In this document: one piece after another, positions 58,944 through 64,000 of the stretch
Layout of the letters: each line of letters opens with the position of its first letter
How positions within the stretch are numbered: position 1 is the first letter of the stretch
Source: Candidatus Latescibacterota bacterium
Lineage (GTDB): Bacteria > Latescibacterota > UBA2968
Assembly: GCA_965204375.1 (NCBI GenBank)
Contig: OZ241986.1
Span: 3,680,001-3,744,000 of the forward strand
DNA length: 64,000 bases
Reading direction: 5' to 3'
Notes under the pieces: model-generated
Told to the model about the DNA's origin: nothing
Database searches by the model: none
The model's input: the letters and a program-made list of their open reading frames with translations, nothing else
Program-made: the position numbers and the translations under genes

Positions 58944-60392
58944 TCACAACACCGCCAATATTTTCTCCACCTTATCCTCAAAAATCATCTGCCATTCCGG
59001 CGCCAGCATACAATCGCTATCTTCTTGTGCACCACCCCGATTTTTGAGTTGCTCTGCCGTTGGCGTATAATAGATATAGCCATTTGTAACACCCGCGACA
59101 AAAGTGAACTTATGCGGGGACCTTTTCTTAATATTGAGACCAATCTCCACCGACAACTCACCCGGGAACGTAACCAGAACAAATTCCCCAACCCTCAAAC
59201 CCATCATCTCAACTTCAATTTTCCTCTCTCCAGCAGCGACATTCCGCGCCTGATGTTTTTTGAGCAAATTTAGATTGATCTGGATCCTCGTCAATTGCTC
59301 CATCGCGTAAATATTCTCAATATACCGGTCCATATTCGCTCTATTTTCGGCATCCAGCTTCTTCAAACCATCTCTCCCCATCATCTCCTCATGCAAATAA
59401 CGATGAGAATAATAAGATGGAAAATCGCGGGAAAGATTGTATTTCACATACAGAGGAATAAACGTCTTCAAATTGAGACTCGTCCCCTTCAAAGCCTGAA
59501 GCAATTGTATCTGTTCGGCCTGTAGAGATTCTATACGCTCCGCGAGATCGGCCCTCGGCAGTTCAATGGTCTCCCGGATAATCTTCAACTCCCCGCCTCC
59601 ACTACCGCGGATCTTCTTCAACCCCTGCAACGTGCTAAGACCCAGCATATTTCCCAAAATCTCGGCATCCCGAGGATTATTGACATCCTTATACAAAATC
59701 GGATTGACATCACCCCCGCAACCCTGTAAAAACAGCGCAACCGTATCCTCGCTCAAATTATCTTCAATCACCTTTGACGCAAACCCGGAAATATCCGCCG
59801 TATTTTCTCTACTCGGCACCTCCAGAATCGGATGACACGCAAAATTGAAAACAACCGCCAGCGTCTCTCCATCCTCCCGATCCAGCCGAAGAATGCCAAT
59901 CTCCGGATCGACTGGTCCGACCGAAGCGACCTCCTCATCGGGCGGAAGCGAATACGCGTGACGAACATCGGCTTCCCTTCCATTCTTCAACACAAGCCTG
60001 CGGTTCTCCATAATCCTGTCCTCGTAGCCGGTGCCAACACCTATACGTACGGGGACCATATTTTGCCACGCCTCTACGACCGCCCGTACCGTGCGCTGTT
60101 CCACATCTACACAAACCCTGCCATGACAATGACTGGCATTGATCAGAATATGCGAAGGATCGAGATTCAACTCCCTATTCAACTGCGAACGCACATTGGC
60201 GAGAAACTCATTTCTGATAGAACCGATCTCAGCTATAGCCACCGCATCTACAGTCACAATAACAGCAGTTTCAGCCCCAGACCTCAGCGCCAGAGCTTTG
60301 ACATAAAGGGGATCATTAGCCAGTCCCGCGTCTGGATCGGTTATAACCACCTTTGCAACACCCGCCAGGAGATTTCGCGAAATCGTTTCCAT
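58944..60392 (-). CDS. Neutral/alkaline ceramidase-like amidase
   Basis: NDPLYVKAL, NASHCH, NFACHP, LQGCGGDVNP, PGEL. Confidence 0.8.
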   Translation of the reverse strand: METISRNLLAGVAKVVITDPDAGLANDPLYVKALALRSGAETAVIVTVDAVAIAEIGSIRNEFLANVRSQLNRELNLDPSHILINASHCHGRVCVDVEQRTVRAVVEAWQNMVPVRIGVGTGYEDRIMENRRLVLKNGREADVRHAYSLPPDEEVASVGPVDPEIGILRLDREDGETLAVVFNFACHPILEVPSRENTADISGFASKVIEDNLSEDTVALFLQGCGGDVNPILYKDVNNPRDAEILGNMLGLSTLQGLKKIRGSGGGELKIIRETIELPRADLAERIESLQAEQIQLLQALKGTSLNLKTFIPLYVKYNLSRDFPSYYSHRYLHEEMMGRDGLKKLDAENRANMDRYIENIYAMEQLTRIQINLNLLKKHQARNVAAGERKIEVEMMGLRVGEFVLVTFPGELSVEIGLNIKKRSPHKFTFVAGVTNGYIYYTPTAEQLKNRGGAQEDSDCMLAPEWQMIFEDKVEKILAVL

Positions 60393-60399
60393 ACCTTAC

Positions 60400-61533
60400 T
60401 TAAAGTCCCAGATCTCTCTGATTGTAATTTTTCAAAACACTCTCCCGCGTATCTTCATTCCACCGATTGGCATCCTCCTCCCCAATCAAAGGCTGATAAA
60501 CATAGCGGGATTCATCTGGAAATCGCTGCTGCCGCGCGTCAATCCCCAAAGCGATCAAACGAGAACGCTCATAGATACGCGCCTCGTCGTAAATCACCTC
60601 CTCATCCCCGCGCCTCACCCGCGCATTCAGAACAGAAGACCGGCGGTGAAAACCAAAATTGATCGTCATCCGCTTATCCGGCGACGTATTGGCAAAAGAA
60701 GCGTGCAGAGCCTGGCGATTGGACATAACCACATCGCCGGGTTCACACACCATGGGAACCGCCCCCGGCAAACGGTCAGAACCATTGTTATCCGCAATCA
60801 TCGCTTTAATATCCAGCTTGCCCTGCTTGTGCGACCCGGGAACCACCCACACCCCATTGGCCGCAGTACTACCGAAAAGCTGAGCCATAAAATTAAACCC
60901 ATGCGTACCCTCATCCCAATCGGGCCTATCCCACTGCGTGGTGCCATCCTGATGCCAGGCCACCGATGCCCCCAACCCCGGCTGCTTGACAATAACAGAC
61001 TCTGTAAACGGCGTAAAATCCGGCCCATTGATCTGCTCTGCAACAGACAGCAGTTGGGGATGTCCGTAAAGCCGCAAACAAGAATCCATAATTTGCAAAG
61101 GGGCAGCGATATTGGAAATCACATAATCCGGCGCATCGGCCGGAGGCTCTGGCTCCGTCATCCTGGCTGGATGCCGCCCATTATTGCTCGACGTACCCCC
61201 CACGGGATCGCTCAGCGGTTTGACAAAGCGAAAAGGCTGCCGCGCCAAATCCGCCCCAAGTGCTTTGCGGCCCATTGAATCAACCAGCGCGTCTTTAGTA
61301 TGCGGTGCCCGCTCAAACGCATGCGCCAGATCCGCATGCAAATTCTCGAGTTCCTCATCGCCCAGCGCACCCTCAAACACATAAAAACCCACGCGCCAAT
61401 ACGCCTCTACAATATCCTCATCCAGCGTACCGTCCGCATTAAATTTGATAGCACCGCGATTCCCAAGCGCGAACGCCATCTCCTCGCCCTCTCGGACATA
61501 AGCATCCATAGTATTTTCTACCGTGGTCTTCAT
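60400..61533 (-). CDS. PhyH-family dioxygenase
   Basis: AWHQDG, NGVWVVPGSH, LHASFAN. Confidence 0.88.
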   Translation of the reverse strand: MKTTVENTMDAYVREGEEMAFALGNRGAIKFNADGTLDEDIVEAYWRVGFYVFEGALGDEELENLHADLAHAFERAPHTKDALVDSMGRKALGADLARQPFRFVKPLSDPVGGTSSNNGRHPARMTEPEPPADAPDYVISNIAAPLQIMDSCLRLYGHPQLLSVAEQINGPDFTPFTESVIVKQPGLGASVAWHQDGTTQWDRPDWDEGTHGFNFMAQLFGSTAANGVWVVPGSHKQGKLDIKAMIADNNGSDRLPGAVPMVCEPGDVVMSNRQALHASFANTSPDKRMTINFGFHRRSSVLNARVRRGDEEVIYDEARIYERSRLIALGIDARQQRFPDESRYVYQPLIGEEDANRWNEDTRESVLKNYNQRDLGL

Positions 61534-61587
61534 TTTATTCTCCTTTTTACACTTCTCACTTCACACTTCTCACTTCACATTTCCCCT

Positions 61588-63582
61588 TTACCATCCATGC
61601 GTCCAGTGTGGCGTTGACGGAAACCAGATATAATCCACAAGCGAAGAAAGCGCGCACCCCGTCACATATCCAACGACGAGACCAAAGAAAAACGGACGCA
61701 CGCGATTGTAAAGTGGAATACCGCCAAACCGCAGAATCATATGCTTGGCCGACCACGTCAGGAACATACTGAACGCATAAGTCCTCGACCCCTGGCTAAT
61801 CTGAAAAGCCAGCCCCATCGGATGCAGCGGCCACCAGGGCACGCGATTTCGCAAAAGCGTGAGCAAACCGGCAAAAAGCACACCCAGAACCCACACAGTC
61901 GCCTTGGCCGGATCGAACACCGTCTTATCTGCCTGCACAATAATTGAAACCATGCGATTATAGAGATTCCGATTGCCACCTTGAAAACCGCCCAACCCCA
62001 AATTCTGCGCTGCGTTGTCATAGCCGAGATAAATCGTATAGAGCATAGACGCGAAAAAACACGTCGAAAAAGCCAGAAAAATCGTCCAAACAACCCGCTT
62101 CCGTCTCACTTCGGACGAAAAAATTTTGAGATGATGGGGTAGCGAAGGCCAGACCGGAATGCGGTAATTCCCAAAAAACATATTGGAATTGACGAGACCC
62201 AGACCGACGACCTCCCTGCGCGTAAACGTCGAATAGCCAATCAGACTCTCAATAATACGCCCGCCCCGGACCGCCACCGGAAACAAATAGGAGAACCCAC
62301 TCGCCGCCGTGTATTTCGCAATCGTAAAATAGGCAATATAGAGCAGCACCACCTGAAGAATCGCAAGGGGCAGCGAAAGCCCCATATACGTGACAAACCC
62401 CACCACAAAAACCGTAGAGAGCACCAAACCCACAAGCGCAAAACGGTAAGGGATAAGACCATCATCTTTGGGAGACCGACAGCCTTCCATCGCCGCCTGA
62501 AACACCCTGTGTAAATGTCCCCGAGCAATCCACACGGACCACAGCGCGAGAAACACAAAAGCCCCGTGAGATTCCAAAAGCAGAATCTCATACGCATCTG
62601 CCTGCTGACCCGTATAGCCCACCGTATAGCCAATGCGGTTGATAAATCCCTCTTTCAAAATCGCAAAAAGTCGAAATGCCCAAAAAGAAAGAAGAATATC
62701 GAGATTGCACAGATAGGTCAGCCCAATAACGGGCGGCATGATACGCAGCCTCAAAGGCGGGAAATGTTCTGCAATAATAACATCCTTATTCGCGATACGC
62801 ACCGAATCGTAAATCCCAATATGGGGCAAATTGGGCGCAAAATACGTGATGATATTATAGACATAAACCAATAGCACAACCAGAACGCCCGCCCAGAAGA
62901 TGCCATCTTTAAACATCGCGGGAATGCGCTCTTTACTGTCAAATCCCTCGGTCAGAGCGACGGGAAAAGTCACCAGAGGAAAAGTCAGCTTTTCGGCATC
63001 TTCCCACTGCCTCTGAAAAATAACCGAAACACAAAGCGCAGCCACCACAAGCGCGATAGACAAGCTGAACCACCAGCAAAGTGTGCCTACCCAACTCCCC
63101 CACGGAATACTCTCGCCCGGCGGCAGCCCCTCGTAAAAGGTCGTTATGGACCCCTTAGACACCTGGGGCAATACCCACCAGGGCATAACATCAAAAAGAA
63201 ACTCCTCCCATCGGTTTTCCGGCGAGGCATAATAAGTCGGAGAACTGACAATACCGCCCCAGTACGTGGCCCATCCCGCAACGGGCATCGTCCCCACAAT
63301 CCACGACATACTGTAAATCAAAACGAGTTCAGAACTGGAAAGTGCAATGCGGGGCCAAAAAAATCTGAGAACGAGATTGACGCCAATCCATCCCACAAAA
63401 GGCAGCAACACAGACATCGGGAGTTGCGACTTAACCAGCGCGCTATTGACGAGCACCATGCCCGTATAATTGGTATAAGTATTGAGCAAAACCCCCGTAG
63501 CCACGCCCAATACAACCGCCCGTACAGTAATAACCGGCTGTTTTTGTTCGGATACATCCTCTGAAGGTTGAGCGCGTGCCAT
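61588..63582 (-). CDS. DUF6785/DUF6784-like polytopic membrane protein
   Basis: ITVRAV, YYASPENRW, RQWEDAEKLTFPL, WWPLHPMG, HGW C-terminus. Confidence 0.8.
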   Translation of the reverse strand: MARAQPSEDVSEQKQPVITVRAVVLGVATGVLLNTYTNYTGMVLVNSALVKSQLPMSVLLPFVGWIGVNLVLRFFWPRIALSSSELVLIYSMSWIVGTMPVAGWATYWGGIVSSPTYYASPENRWEEFLFDVMPWWVLPQVSKGSITTFYEGLPPGESIPWGSWVGTLCWWFSLSIALVVAALCVSVIFQRQWEDAEKLTFPLVTFPVALTEGFDSKERIPAMFKDGIFWAGVLVVLLVYVYNIITYFAPNLPHIGIYDSVRIANKDVIIAEHFPPLRLRIMPPVIGLTYLCNLDILLSFWAFRLFAILKEGFINRIGYTVGYTGQQADAYEILLLESHGAFVFLALWSVWIARGHLHRVFQAAMEGCRSPKDDGLIPYRFALVGLVLSTVFVVGFVTYMGLSLPLAILQVVLLYIAYFTIAKYTAASGFSYLFPVAVRGGRIIESLIGYSTFTRREVVGLGLVNSNMFFGNYRIPVWPSLPHHLKIFSSEVRRKRVVWTIFLAFSTCFFASMLYTIYLGYDNAAQNLGLGGFQGGNRNLYNRMVSIIVQADKTVFDPAKATVWVLGVLFAGLLTLLRNRVPWWPLHPMGLAFQISQGSRTYAFSMFLTWSAKHMILRFGGIPLYNRVRPFFFGLVVGYVTGCALSSLVDYIWFPSTPHWTHGW

Positions 63583-63589
63583 AACGACC

Positions 63590-63967
63590 TTAATCGTCAT
63601 AAGTGACGATAACATCATCGCCATCAATCTCTACCGCATAGGTCTTGACATACACCTCCGGATCCACCAGACAGCGTCCCGTTGAGATTTCAAAAGACCA
63701 CTGATGCCACGGGCAGTGCAAAATCTCGCCATCGCCATCAATGGAAATTTCGCCCTCCCCCATAGAAGGCGGTGCCTGAGTCGTCACCCGACCACCGAGT
63801 GTCCCTGTACAGAGCGGACCATTCTTGTGCGGACAAATATTGCGCACCGCGTAAAACGAACCTCCGACATTAAAAATGCCAATCCCGGCGCGCCCGCGAA
63901 AAGGCACCACAATTTTGCGCTGTCCGGGCGGTATTTCCGAGACCCTGGCAACTACAATACGCGCCAT
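63590..63967 (-). CDS. Rieske [2Fe-2S] ferredoxin
   Basis: CPHKNG and CPWHQWSF motifs. Confidence 0.92.
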   Translation of the reverse strand: MARIVVARVSEIPPGQRKIVVPFRGRAGIGIFNVGGSFYAVRNICPHKNGPLCTGTLGGRVTTQAPPSMGEGEISIDGDGEILHCPWHQWSFEISTGRCLVDPEVYVKTYAVEIDGDDVIVTYDD

Positions 63968-64000
63968 TTACACAACCTCCATACGCAGCATCTCCAGAGC

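Overview
Bacterial chromosomal window. Gene content (DUF6785/6784-like membrane proteins, GWxTD protein, PorV-like barrel, T9SS-like C-terminal domain, EF-hand/dockerin-tagged enzyme, many sulfatases and PhyH enzymes) suggests an FCB-group organism such as Ca. Latescibacterota; this taxonomy is inference. 1-11.7 kb: phoR, tRNA-Pro(CGG), a phosphorelay/partner-switching module and housekeeping genes. About 12.9-24.4 kb: an integrase-less island bounded by tRNA-Pro(GGG) and a degenerate copy of its 3' half. It carries a candidate leader-directed peptide/protein lipidation and export system (REC-AraC regulator, HlyD, peptidase-less ABC exporter, 136-aa precursor with an 'IEAY' leader, CAAX/Abi protein, S8 protease fused to a DUF1611-like domain, ACP, BtrH-like protein), plus a sigma54 promoter with tandem enhancer sites, a MITE, an ABC-gene scar, REP elements and a putative RelE-like defence protein. 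24.6-34 kb: mlaEFD-like genes, a sigma70 factor, an aminotransferase and glycan enzymes. 34-64 kb: a long minus-strand catabolic region (AcnX pair, PhyH x3, sulfatases, amidohydrolases) with a SusD-less TonB-receptor/T9SS-cargo/PorV/DUF6785 uptake locus. Three intergenic regions share a convergent-promoter, two-hairpin layout suggesting cis-antisense RNAs. All family assignments come from motif recognition by eye; no searches were run.
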